A stretch of 64,000 bases of DNA from Acidobacteriota bacterium (GTDB lineage: Bacteria > Acidobacteriota > UBA6911 > RPQK01 > JAJDTT01): NCBI GenBank assembly GCA_965217775.1, contig CBDCJH010000002.1, positions 256,001-320,000 on the forward strand, read 5' to 3'. Position numbers and translations under genes: made by a program. Positions 1 to 9,677 of the stretch are shown here, in pieces. The notes under the pieces were generated by a model. The model did no database searches. It was not told the DNA's origin and saw nothing but the letters and a program-made list of their open reading frames with translations. Position 1 is the stretch's first letter; every line of letters begins with the position of its first letter.

Positions 1-1
1 C

Positions 2-1828
2 GAACCGGTTTTCCCTGAACTGGCCGCCGCCCGAACGGCTTTGGAGCGATTGCGGACGGGCGACCTGCCCGCGAGCTTGCAGACATACGACCGTGTCGTG
101 GTGGACGAGGTTCAAGACCTTTCCCTGCTCGAGTCGGCGGTGGTCGTGGAGTATTGCCGCGCTCTGGCGTTGAATCGAAATCATGCCCCGTGGCTACTGA
201 TGGCCTTTGATGACGGTCAGACCGTCAGGCCCTCCGGATTCGACCCGAATCGCCTCAACTCCCTGCTGAACGGCACGCTCACAAAACCCCGGGAGATTCC
301 TCTCGATCACAACGTTCGGAGTCCGAGTCTGATTTCCGACGTCATCGAACGAGCATCGAATCTCTACAGGCTGATCGACAAGGACTGGCGTCCGAAGAAC
401 CAGAAAAGCAGACAAGTCGAGGAAGAAATCATCGCCCGGCTCATCTACGTCTCCGTACCGGACCGGGAGAGCGCGGGCTCCTTGGTGGAGAAGCTGGACG
501 ATGTTGCCGATGTAGCAGTGGTCAGCCCAAAAGAAACGATTCCCGAATGGGTGCCTCACCAGCATCGCGACGTGATACACACACCTGAGTCCGTGAAAGG
601 GCTCGAGTACGGTTCGGTCTGCGTGCTGGACGTCGGGAAGCTCGTCAAGCAACTCCGCCACGACACGGAAAACCACGGTCCGCTGGAGATCCAGGCAAGG
701 CGCACGGCCATCGATGGCCTGCGCGTGGCCGTAAGTCGTGCGACGGAGAATCTGGTGTTCGTCGACGTTCAGCCTGACGAAAGCGAGAAACGAATCAGCC
801 AGGACCTGCTGAAAAGTCCCGAGGAATTCACGACTGAGGATCTGACGGAGTTCTTCCTGGATGTCGATCGACCTCTTGACGAGCGGATTCTGGTCAGAAG
901 TCGTGACGCATTGGCACTGGTGGACACGGTTCCTGCACGGGCGTGGCAGCGAGCCTGCCAAGCCCTGCGGCTGCTCGGCGAGCCGGAAGTGGGCGCTTTC
1001 GAAGCCGATGAGGCAATTCGCCAAGAAGTTTGCACGAGTGTGCTCCTGGTAGCCGCACGCAGGATGGTCGATGCTGCATTGGGGCATGGGGAACGGAACC
1101 AGATCGTCAACACGGCCAGGAAAGTGGCCTCGGTGTGGGGCAACGACGCACAGAGAAAGGCGTTTGCCAGTTTCAATCACTGGACGCGAGGGAGGGCAAA
1201 GGCGCCGTTCGCTTTGATCCGGGCGACGCTCGCCTTGGAATCACACGATCGCAGGTGGCTGCAGTCGGCTCTGCCGATCCTGCTCCAGTCCCTCTTGAGC
1301 GCGTTGCGCCGCTGCGCTGCCGAGCCGGCGTGGGCAGCTCGCTATTCGGGCGAGGTTGAGGTCTGGCTCGATCTGATCGGCTATACGGGCGACATGGCTG
1401 CCGAGGCGGAGGCATTGCGCAACCAGGCGATCGGTGTATTGGCGACGGCGGGCAAGTGGAGGGAAGCCGGTCGCGTGCTGTCACGGGTGGACTCTCCCGA
1501 TCCGCAGATGGCTGGAACGATCTTGGAGAATGTGGGCCGGAGACTCGAGGCCGCCGAAGAATTCGAGCGGGCGGGGCTCCCTGGAGACGCGTTGCACAAC
1601 TGGCGGGAATCCGGAAAATTCAATCGGGCCGTTCGGCTGGCAGAGGGCGAAGAGAAGGCCGATTTACAGTGGGTCGTAGAGCTGGAGGATCTGGTTGCAC
1701 GGCGCCCCGTGCGCCTGGAAGCTCGACTGAACGACACCGAAAAGAAAAACCTCAACAAGACCTTGCAATCGGCGCGAACTCCATTGCGTCGGCGACCCAG
1801 ATCACGACAGCAGGACCGTCTCTTCTGA
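2..1828 (+). CDS. UvrD/Rep-like superfamily 1 helicase, C-terminal part, with helical-repeat tail (5' truncated by window edge)
   Basis: Frame is open from base 2. SF1 motifs: VVVDEVQD (Walker B), FDDGQ, LDHNVRS, TPESVKGLEY, LRVAVSRA. About 330 further Ala/Arg/Glu-rich helical residues follow. Confidence 0.8.
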   Translation, partial: EPVFPELAAARTALERLRTGDLPASLQTYDRVVVDEVQDLSLLESAVVVEYCRALALNRNHAPWLLMAFDDGQTVRPSGFDPNRLNSLLNGTLTKPREIPLDHNVRSPSLISDVIERASNLYRLIDKDWRPKNQKSRQVEEEIIARLIYVSVPDRESAGSLVEKLDDVADVAVVSPKETIPEWVPHQHRDVIHTPESVKGLEYGSVCVLDVGKLVKQLRHDTENHGPLEIQARRTAIDGLRVAVSRATENLVFVDVQPDESEKRISQDLLKSPEEFTTEDLTEFFLDVDRPLDERILVRSRDALALVDTVPARAWQRACQALRLLGEPEVGAFEADEAIRQEVCTSVLLVAARRMVDAALGHGERNQIVNTARKVASVWGNDAQRKAFASFNHWTRGRAKAPFALIRATLALESHDRRWLQSALPILLQSLLSALRRCAAEPAWAARYSGEVEVWLDLIGYTGDMAAEAEALRNQAIGVLATAGKWREAGRVLSRVDSPDPQMAGTILENVGRRLEAAEEFERAGLPGDALHNWRESGKFNRAVRLAEGEEKADLQWVVELEDLVARRPVRLEARLNDTEKKNLNKTLQSARTPLRRRPRSRQQDRLF

Positions 1829-1933
1829 CGTACGTCAAGAATCCTATTTCCCCGGACGCCTGTGGAGACGGAACCTGGATTCTCGACCCCAGAAAGTCAT
1901 CGGCTGGCCAGAGTCCGGGACGCGCTCCGCCTG

Positions 1934-3550
1934 TCACTTGGATTCGTCTGCTGCAGCCTCGGCTGCGAGGTGTTTCATGGCGGCGAGCTCGGGCTGCCAG
2001 ATCGCTTCCAGTTCCTTGACCCGGTCCGGTTGAAGCCGTGCCAAGTCTCGTGATTCGGCGCGGTCCGTCGACAGGTCGTACAGCTCCCACGGGTCTCCCT
2101 TCGATGCGACCAGCTTCCAATCGCCGGTACGAACGGCTCGATTCCCCTCATGGAGCCACCAGAGGAATTCGCGATCGATCACCTTGTCCTCGGTGAACGC
2201 GCCCAGGAGACTTTGGCCGGGAGCGTCGGGGACAGGGTAGCCGGACCAACTCGCCGGTTTCTCGATTCCTACAGCTTCCAGGATGGTGGGAACGATATCG
2301 ATCACGTGACCCGGCGTGTGCCGGAGCTCGCCCCGGGCCCAAATCCCCTCAGGCCAGTGCACCACCAGCGGAGTGCTGATGCCGCCTTCGTGGACCCAGG
2401 TCTTGTGGCGCCGAAACGGAGTGTTGGAGGCGCTGGAGAAACCGGGGCCGAGACAGAGGTACGTGGCCGCGCTGCCGGGAGGGGCGTTGGGGTCGTGACC
2501 GCCGTCCCGCACCATGATCTCGGCGCTGGCGCCGTTGTCCGAGGCAAAGAAGATGAGCGTGTTCCGGAAAGCGCCCATGGCCTTGAGTTGCTCGATCACG
2601 CGGCCGATCTCACGATCCATTCGATCCACCATTGCCGCGTGGATCGCCATCTTCGTCGCCTGGAACCGCCGCTGTTCCTCCGTCAGTTCGCTCCATGGCA
2701 GCGGGCGGTTGATCTCGCCGGGCCCCAGCCTCTCGAGGGCTTCGGGAAAGTGATACGGGGGTCCGACCTCCCGCTCCAGCTCCGACAGGGTCGTGTTGAC
2801 CAGCCCCATCTCCTTTTGTCGAGCGAAACGCTGCTGCCGCATGACGTCCCAGCCGTCCAGATACCGGTCCCGGTAGCGTGCGATGTCCTGGGGCAGGGCG
2901 TGGAGGGGAAAGTGCGGCGCGATGAACGCGATGTAGTGAAAGAAGGGCCGATCGGCGTAGGTGTCGGCGTGCTCCCGCAGGCAGTCGAGAGCGTGGTCGA
3001 CGGTGGTGACCGTGGCGTAGTATCCGGACTCGTCGGCGGCCGGCTCGATCGGCGCGTCATCAATGTAGCTCCCCTTGGCGGTGAAGAAGTTGCCCTGGTT
3101 CCTCCTGTCCAGCGAGCGCTGGAAGCCGCCGTCCAACACCTTGCCGTCGATGTGCCACTTGCCGCTGTGGTAGCTGCGATAGCCTGCGGGTTCCAGCAGG
3201 TCCGGCAGCAACCGGGCCCACTCCGGACGAACGGTGACACCGCCCCCGCATTGACCGGGCAGCACGTCGCGCCGCACCTGCTGGGCGTAGTATCCGGTCA
3301 GAAGGGCCGCCCTGGTCGGCCAGCACCGAGTCGTGTTGTAGAACTGGGTGAAGCGCAGCCCGCCCGCAGCCAGCGCGTCCAGGTTGGGCGTCTCGATTTC
3401 GCCTCCGTAGCATCCCAGGTCCGAATACCCCATGTCGTCCGCCAGGATGAAGACGACGTTGGGTGGTTTCGTTCGCGTTTCCTCGGAGCATCCCTGAGCG
3501 GCAGTCAGGCATATCAGAAGGAACGTGGTGACGACGAACTGGTTTCGCAT
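1934..3550 (-). CDS. Arylsulfatase (formylglycine-dependent sulfatase), probable lipoprotein
   Basis: PNVVFILADDMG, CWPTRAALLTG (CxPxR), GKWH, SDNG and ELYDLSTD motifs. Signal-like N-terminus ending AAQGC. Start chosen at MRNQF. Confidence 0.92.
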   Translation of the reverse strand: MRNQFVVTTFLLICLTAAQGCSEETRTKPPNVVFILADDMGYSDLGCYGGEIETPNLDALAAGGLRFTQFYNTTRCWPTRAALLTGYYAQQVRRDVLPGQCGGGVTVRPEWARLLPDLLEPAGYRSYHSGKWHIDGKVLDGGFQRSLDRRNQGNFFTAKGSYIDDAPIEPAADESGYYATVTTVDHALDCLREHADTYADRPFFHYIAFIAPHFPLHALPQDIARYRDRYLDGWDVMRQQRFARQKEMGLVNTTLSELEREVGPPYHFPEALERLGPGEINRPLPWSELTEEQRRFQATKMAIHAAMVDRMDREIGRVIEQLKAMGAFRNTLIFFASDNGASAEIMVRDGGHDPNAPPGSAATYLCLGPGFSSASNTPFRRHKTWVHEGGISTPLVVHWPEGIWARGELRHTPGHVIDIVPTILEAVGIEKPASWSGYPVPDAPGQSLLGAFTEDKVIDREFLWWLHEGNRAVRTGDWKLVASKGDPWELYDLSTDRAESRDLARLQPDRVKELEAIWQPELAAMKHLAAEAAADESK

Positions 3551-3621
3551 GCCCATGACGCCAGTATAGCCGTTGGGTGAAAGCCTCCAATGGACCGTTC
3601 GGCGTGGTGCTTGCTGCGGCG

Positions 3622-4791
3622 TCATGCCCGGTTTCCCGCTCCCCACGCGGAAGTGAACGTATCACCCTCCTCGAAGCGGCTTGGCCGCAGTGGGTGGAGG
3701 TCGATCCTGGGATTCTGGCCCAGCATGATGCTGGCCAGGGATTCGCCGATGGGTGGTCCCAGCTTGAAACCGTGGCCACTCCCGCCGAAACAGGCATAGT
3801 AGCCGTCCGGGCCACCCTCAGGACCCACCACCGGATGCCAGTCATCGGTGATGGTGTAGATGGACGCCCATCCGCGGTCGAACTCGGCGTCTCGAAGTGA
3901 CGGAATGCGTCTGAAGAGTCCCCGCTCGATGCGGCGCCGGCTGTTCGCGTCCAGGCCGGCGTCGTAATCGTCGATGTCCAGCGGTTCGATTTCCTTGGGA
4001 TAGTCCAAGCCGGCCAGCAGTTTCCCTTGCCGTTGAGGCCGGAAATAAATGTGGCACCCGGGATCGGCGATGATGGGAAAGTGGCCGAAGTCCGACGGCA
4101 ACCGGAGCACCAGATCGACTTCCCGGCTCCAGCGGATGGAGTAGTGGCGGCCCGCTGACCTCCCCACGTGGAACCCCCAGGGTCCGGCGGCGTTGACCAC
4201 CAGCCGGGTCTGAATGACACCCTGGTCACTCTCGACCCCGCTGACACGGTCGCCGTCGACTCGAATCCTCCTTGCGGCGACGCCTTCTTGCGCGACCAGG
4301 CCCCACTTTGCCGCCGCCTGTACCAGTGTCCGTGTGGTCCGTACCGGGTCCGCGTAACCGCCGCGCGGCTGGTACGTTCCGCAGACGACTCCGTCCAGGT
4401 TGAACTGGGGCGCCAGTTCCTTGATCTCGTCCGGTCCGAGTTCCCGGGTCTCGGTGTGGTGTTCCCTCTCGGACTCGAGCACCCTTTTGCCGGCGGCGAC
4501 GTGCTCTTCCTCGAGCAGGATCATCATGCCGGTTCGCCGGAAGCCGGTGTCTCCACCCATTTCCTCATGATCGTTCTCGAACATCTCGAAGGACCGCAAG
4601 GCGAGCTGGACGGTGACGGGGTTGGAGTAGGAACAGCGGATGTTGGCCGCCGAGTGGCCCGTGCTCACCGCGGCCAGATGTCGCTTTTCCAGCAGAACCA
4701 CCTTGCCGACCCCCTTCTTGGCCAAGAAATGAGCCGTGCTGGCTCCCATGATGCCGCCGCCGATCACCACCGCGTCCGCTGTCTTTTGCAT
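3622..4791 (-). CDS. FAD-dependent oxidoreductase (DAO / sarcosine oxidase beta-like)
   Basis: VVIGGGIMG dinucleotide-binding motif, VVNAAGPW, GSGHGFKLGP. Start at MQKTAD. Confidence 0.88.
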   Translation of the reverse strand: MQKTADAVVIGGGIMGASTAHFLAKKGVGKVVLLEKRHLAAVSTGHSAANIRCSYSNPVTVQLALRSFEMFENDHEEMGGDTGFRRTGMMILLEEEHVAAGKRVLESEREHHTETRELGPDEIKELAPQFNLDGVVCGTYQPRGGYADPVRTTRTLVQAAAKWGLVAQEGVAARRIRVDGDRVSGVESDQGVIQTRLVVNAAGPWGFHVGRSAGRHYSIRWSREVDLVLRLPSDFGHFPIIADPGCHIYFRPQRQGKLLAGLDYPKEIEPLDIDDYDAGLDANSRRRIERGLFRRIPSLRDAEFDRGWASIYTITDDWHPVVGPEGGPDGYYACFGGSGHGFKLGPPIGESLASIMLGQNPRIDLHPLRPSRFEEGDTFTSAWGAGNRA

Positions 4792-4811
4792 GGTTTGTCC
4801 CCCGTTGAGAG

Positions 4812-4952
4812 AAATACCAAATCCCAAGCACCAAATCTCAAACAAGCACCAAATTCCAAACGGGGACCGAGTTCCAGATAGACGGTGCATGAGGTTCGTT
4901 TCCGGTTTGTGATTGGTGCTTGCCCTGGCCTTGGTGCTTGGTAATTGTTTGA
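4812..4952. repeat. Degenerate heptamer repeat (AAGCACC/AAATCCC-like units) present in both orientations
   Basis: AAATACC AAATCCC AAGCACC AAATCTC AAAC AAGCACC AAATTCC at 4812-4857. Complementary TTGGTGCTT units at about 4913-4940. Confidence 0.65.
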
Positions 4953-5056
4953 CACTTAATACCTGTATTGCTAGCCTTTTTCGCAAGTTTAACTCCTTTC
5001 ACTTACCATCCCTCGGCGTCGGTGGCGTCTGCCGCCTTGCTGAGTGGGAGAAGACT

Positions 5057-8000
5057 ATGAACCCATCCACAGCTATCCGACGCCTATTCCTCGGTTCGTG
5101 TTTGGTCCTGCTGACTCTGGTGTCTCCATCATTGTGGGCTCAGGGCGTGGGGTCCATCCTGGGAACCGTAACCGACGACGCCGGCGCCGTCATTCCGGGA
5201 GTCGAAGTCACCCTGTTGAACGAACTGACCGGACTGGGACGGTCCACCGTCAGCAGCGACGTCGGTTACTACGAGTTCCGTCTGCTCCCCATCGGGGTCT
5301 ATACGGTGCGCGCGGAACTCTCCGGGTTTCAGGCTTCGCAGAGCACCGGAGTCGAGCTCGAGACGGACCGCCAGGCGCGGGTCGATATTCAGTTGCAGGT
5401 GGGGGAGATCACCGAGACCGTTACGGTCGAGGGAGAGCCTCCTCTGATCGAGACCGAGACGGCCACCGTGGGCGAGGTGGTCACCGGAAGACAGATTATG
5501 GACTTGCCTCTGGACAACCGGCAGTGGCTCCGGCTGGCGACGCTGACCACGGGGGCCACTCCGGCCGCCCGGGACTTCCGTTCTCGCGAGGCCGGAGGCC
5601 GGGGCGTGACCATGCCTGCGGTGTCCGGTGGACGTCCCGAGGACAACAACTACCAGCTTGATGGTGTCGACAACCGGGAAATCGGGAGAGCCAATTTCGC
5701 CATCTCGCCCTCCATCGAAGGAATCGCCGAATTCAAGGTGAGAACCGGCGTGGTATCGGCGGAGCATGGACGGGTGGCGAGCGCTTCCATCGACGTGGTC
5801 ACCAAGAGTGGCACCAACGAAATTCACGGCAGCGTCTTCGAGTTCCTTCGCAACGATGTCTTCGACGCCCGGAACTTCTTCGCGCGGGACGTCAGTCCGC
5901 TCAAGCGAAATCAGTTTGGCGGCGCGATCGGAGGTCCCATTATCAAGAACAAGCATTTCTTTTTCGGCACCTTCGAGGCGTTCCTCCAGGACATCTCGGG
6001 TAACCCTCGCGTCGGAGTCGTGCCCACTCCTGACATGCGTCAGGGTGTTTTCTCAAGTCAGATCCGAGACACCATCAACGACAATCAGCCATTTCCCAAC
6101 AACACGATTCCCCGGGACCGGATCGATCCCATCTCCGCGCGGGTGATGGAGTTCATTCCTCTGCCCAACAGTTCCGACCCGGTCCGAAACTTCAACTACA
6201 TCCGGGACCCGACGGAGGAGAACAAGTATCTGGCCACTATCCGGACCGATCACAACCTGGGCGACGACGACCAGTTGTTCGTGCGCTACTCGCTGGATGA
6301 CGAAGAGATCATCTCGGCTTCCTCCCTGCCCACCAGCGTGGGAGGCGTGGTCACCACGGTCAAGAGCCAGGGGATCGCCGTCCAGGAGACCCACACCTTC
6401 AGCCCCCAGGTCATCAATGAAGCGCTCTTCGGCTGGACCCGTTTCGATCACACTCGGCTCGACGAGCATGCATTGAGAGAGGAAAACATCGCCCAGCAGT
6501 TGGGAGTCGAACTGGTGGGTTTAGATGGTGACGCTCAGGGATTCGGATTTCCCAGTATTTCGATCCGAGGTTTCCTGGCACCCGCGGGGACGATTCCCCG
6601 TCCTCGCAGCACGGACATCATCCATCTTCGAAACACCACCTCCATCACCCGGAACAACCATACGGTTCGGCTGGGTGGCGAATTCCGGGCCTACGACAGC
6701 GACAACTTCAGTCCTGGACAACTGAACGGCAGCTTTACGTTTCAGGGAAGCTTCACCGGAAATTCCTTTGCCGACTTTCTGTTGGGCTGGCCGCTTCGGG
6801 CCTTCCGAAACATCGGGCCCGCGGCGCAGAACGCCTCCATGCAGTACTACGCCGCTTTTCTCCAGGACGATTGGAAGGTCACGGACCGGTTCACCCTGAA
6901 CCTGGGTCTTCGCTACGAGTTGGAGACCGCAATGTCCGAGGACGAGAACGAGTTGGCGCTATTCGATCTGAATACCGACACGGTCATGTTTCCGGAAGAC
7001 ACCCGTGGCGTCGTGGAGGCTTTCTACAGGGAAGTCCTCCCGGACATCCCGATTGGTTTCTTTTCCGGCGGCCTCTACCGGGCGGACAAGAACAATTTCT
7101 CTCCGCGCATCGGGTTTGCCTGGCGACCCTTCGGCCACACCAGCACCGTGATCCGGGGAGGAGGAGGGATTTACTACACGGCTCCCCAGATGACCACTTT
7201 GCTGGCCTCGGTGAGTGCTCCTCCCTTCTCGCGGCGTCCTCAACTGGTGTCCGATTCCGCTTACCCGGAGCTGCGCTGGAACCCGGCCGGAGGCCTGGAT
7301 CAGGCCATCAAGGGACCTTTCACCTGTTTCTGCATGGTCACCCACGATCTTCCCTATGCCTACATGGAGCAGTGGGCGCTCACCGTGCAGCAGAAGCTGA
7401 CTTCGGACATGGCGTTGGAGTTGGGCTACGTCGGGTCCCACACCCTGGATCTGTTCTCCTTCATGCAACGCAATCTGGCCCCGCCGGGTCCGGGAAATCC
7501 GATTCTGCGGGCGCCCCACGGGCGCCACTGGGCGCGTATCCAGTCGAGCGAGCACGGGTTCACCTCTCGCTACAACGGCCTGACCATGAAACTGGAGAAG
7601 CGAGCGGCGGCCGGGCTCTCCTTCCTGGCTGCGTATACCGTGTCCAAGGCCATCGACCAGGCTTCCACCTGGAATGCGGTGAGCATTTCCCGGCATGACA
7701 ACCGGCGCGAGCTGGAGACGGGGCGTGCCGATTTCGACACTCTGAACCGGTTTTCCTTCGCCTACTCCTATGAGCTCCCGTTCGGCCCCGGCCGTGCCCT
7801 GTGGGGCGACGCCACCGGCTTTGCCGCTCGTTTGGTCGAGGGCTGGGGGATCCGGGGCATCACCACGTTCATGAGCGGCTTCCCCTTCTTTGTCCGGATG
7901 TCGGGCGGAGTCACCAACATGGGAGCGGGGGCGGCCCCTCGGCCCTATCGGAGAGCGGACGGCAACCTGCCCGAGTCACAGCGGAACATCAACCGCTGGT

Positions 8001-8284
8001 TTGACACCGCCGCCTTCGAGATTCCTCCCCGGTACACCTTGGGAGACTCCGGCCGCAACATCCTGGTGGGACCCGGCTTCAGCAACTTCGATCTCTCCGT
8101 CGTCAAGAGGACCCAGATCACCGAGACCCAGCGATTCGAGTTTCGCGCCGAATTCTTCAACGCCTTCAATCATCCCAATTTCGGCTTTCCGGCAAACAAC
8201 GTCTCCACGGCCAGAACCTTCGGCTTCATCAGCGGAGCCGGCAATCCTCGCATCATCCAATTGGGGTTCAAGTACTACTATTGA
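5057..8284 (+). CDS. TonB-dependent receptor, Oar-like, with N-terminal carboxypeptidase-regulatory-like domain
   Basis: GTVTDDAGAVIPGV, KSGTNEIHG, LQDDWKVTDRFTLNLGLRYE, C-terminal PRIIQLGFKYYY. Signal peptide after GGGAG RBS. Confidence 0.92.
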   Translation: MNPSTAIRRLFLGSCLVLLTLVSPSLWAQGVGSILGTVTDDAGAVIPGVEVTLLNELTGLGRSTVSSDVGYYEFRLLPIGVYTVRAELSGFQASQSTGVELETDRQARVDIQLQVGEITETVTVEGEPPLIETETATVGEVVTGRQIMDLPLDNRQWLRLATLTTGATPAARDFRSREAGGRGVTMPAVSGGRPEDNNYQLDGVDNREIGRANFAISPSIEGIAEFKVRTGVVSAEHGRVASASIDVVTKSGTNEIHGSVFEFLRNDVFDARNFFARDVSPLKRNQFGGAIGGPIIKNKHFFFGTFEAFLQDISGNPRVGVVPTPDMRQGVFSSQIRDTINDNQPFPNNTIPRDRIDPISARVMEFIPLPNSSDPVRNFNYIRDPTEENKYLATIRTDHNLGDDDQLFVRYSLDDEEIISASSLPTSVGGVVTTVKSQGIAVQETHTFSPQVINEALFGWTRFDHTRLDEHALREENIAQQLGVELVGLDGDAQGFGFPSISIRGFLAPAGTIPRPRSTDIIHLRNTTSITRNNHTVRLGGEFRAYDSDNFSPGQLNGSFTFQGSFTGNSFADFLLGWPLRAFRNIGPAAQNASMQYYAAFLQDDWKVTDRFTLNLGLRYELETAMSEDENELALFDLNTDTVMFPEDTRGVVEAFYREVLPDIPIGFFSGGLYRADKNNFSPRIGFAWRPFGHTSTVIRGGGGIYYTAPQMTTLLASVSAPPFSRRPQLVSDSAYPELRWNPAGGLDQAIKGPFTCFCMVTHDLPYAYMEQWALTVQQKLTSDMALELGYVGSHTLDLFSFMQRNLAPPGPGNPILRAPHGRHWARIQSSEHGFTSRYNGLTMKLEKRAAAGLSFLAAYTVSKAIDQASTWNAVSISRHDNRRELETGRADFDTLNRFSFAYSYELPFGPGRALWGDATGFAARLVEGWGIRGITTFMSGFPFFVRMSGGVTNMGAGAAPRPYRRADGNLPESQRNINRWFDTAAFEIPPRYTLGDSGRNILVGPGFSNFDLSVVKRTQITETQRFEFRAEFFNAFNHPNFGFPANNVSTARTFGFISGAGNPRIIQLGFKYYY

Positions 8285-8425
8285 TTTGGTATCAGTCCGC
8301 CGCTGGAGGAGTCGATGGGAGTGGGCGAGGGTCCCATTCCCGCTTGGCGGTGCCAACCGCACTCTGACCCGAACCCGTAGCGGACTTCGGAAGTCTTACT
8401 CCGGAATTGAATCAGACTTGGTGCT

Positions 8426-9586
8426 CTATTCGGCGATCCAGTCGGGATCGATACGCAGCAAGTCGCGCCGACTCACGCCGATGGATCGCTCGATCCGGTG
8501 GTAGCGGAGCAGAACGAACCCGTCGCTGATCTGGCACAGGAAGGGGTATCGCATGTTCGCGTTTCCCGGGTCAGGTGTGGAGGGTCCGGCGATCAGTTTT
8601 GAAGGACTCCAGGTCTTTCCGTCATCGCTGGATATCGCCACGTGCAGGTATTGGCGGCCCGCGCCCAAAACCCGCCCACCCGGGTAATTGTCCCAGTCGT
8701 TCCACGAGAGCATGAGCCTCCCATCCGCGAGTCTCAAGATTCCCGCGGGTGCGTTTGCCGCTTGGAACGTGGTGGGCGAGGAGGGTTCCCAACTGTTGCC
8801 GCCGTCGGACGAGAAGGTCTGGTAGAGCACTCCGTACTGGGAGCGAAAGATCATCCACACCCGACCGTCTTGCAGCTCGACCAGGACCGGCTCGATGGCG
8901 CCGGGATGACCCCGGCCCGGCCCGATGGAGATCCGGATGTCGTCCGGTCCCAGTTTCCAGGTTTCTCCCTGATCATCCGAGAAAATCACGATGATCCGAT
9001 ATTCGTATTCTCCCCTTTCAGGCAAGTAATTGTCGGTCGCGTAGTTTCCGGCCGTCAGGAGACGCCCATCGGAGAGTTCGATCATGGATTCGATGCACGG
9101 GAACCAGTGGTGTCCGACGTCGATCCGCTTGGGTTCGGTCCAGGTCCGGCCGCCGTCGGCAGATTTATTGTGGAGGAGCTCGGAGAGAGCGACGATCGTC
9201 GGGTCACCTCGCTTGGGATTGCGGTAGTAGCGAATGGAAAGCAGCTGGAGATTCCCTTTCCGGTCGAGGAGAAGGTAGGGACCCACCGACTGCCTGTAGA
9301 GGAACATCCTCCCGCGCCCGGCCGCGAACGAAAAAGCGATCTCCTCTTTCGACCAACTGCGTCCCAGGTCGTCGGAGTAACGAATGTAAGCCGGCGGCTC
9401 GGGACCGCTGAGCGCAGCATCTTTACTTGGACGCCCCAAGGTGTAGATGGTCAGCAGGCGTCCGTCCTGGAGTTGGACGATGTGACCGATCTTGCCATCG
9501 TAGTCGATGCGTTCGGGTCCGACTGCCGCCAGGGCATTGCCCCATGCGACCGACAAGCTCAGGAGCGAAAGGGCTACTCTTGGCAT
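8426..9586 (-). CDS. BNR/Asp-box sialidase-family protein (paralog group A)
   Basis: Five Asp boxes (SDDLGRSW, SADGGRTW, SDDQGETW, SSDGGNSW, SSDDGKTW) and a signal peptide. Confidence 0.85.
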   Translation of the reverse strand: MPRVALSLLSLSVAWGNALAAVGPERIDYDGKIGHIVQLQDGRLLTIYTLGRPSKDAALSGPEPPAYIRYSDDLGRSWSKEEIAFSFAAGRGRMFLYRQSVGPYLLLDRKGNLQLLSIRYYRNPKRGDPTIVALSELLHNKSADGGRTWTEPKRIDVGHHWFPCIESMIELSDGRLLTAGNYATDNYLPERGEYEYRIIVIFSDDQGETWKLGPDDIRISIGPGRGHPGAIEPVLVELQDGRVWMIFRSQYGVLYQTFSSDGGNSWEPSSPTTFQAANAPAGILRLADGRLMLSWNDWDNYPGGRVLGAGRQYLHVAISSDDGKTWSPSKLIAGPSTPDPGNANMRYPFLCQISDGFVLLRYHRIERSIGVSRRDLLRIDPDWIAE

Positions 9587-9677
9587 CGCGTCCTCCGATT
9601 CGGGGAAGGTGTGTAGTTTGTCGAGATCATAGACGGAGGCGGTTGAAAAAACCAGCTTGGAAAGGAGCCCCGCCGAC

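Noticed and set aside
4812-4952. Possible CRISPR array
   Set aside because: Units are 7 nt, degenerate and without unique spacers. No cas genes are seen in the window.
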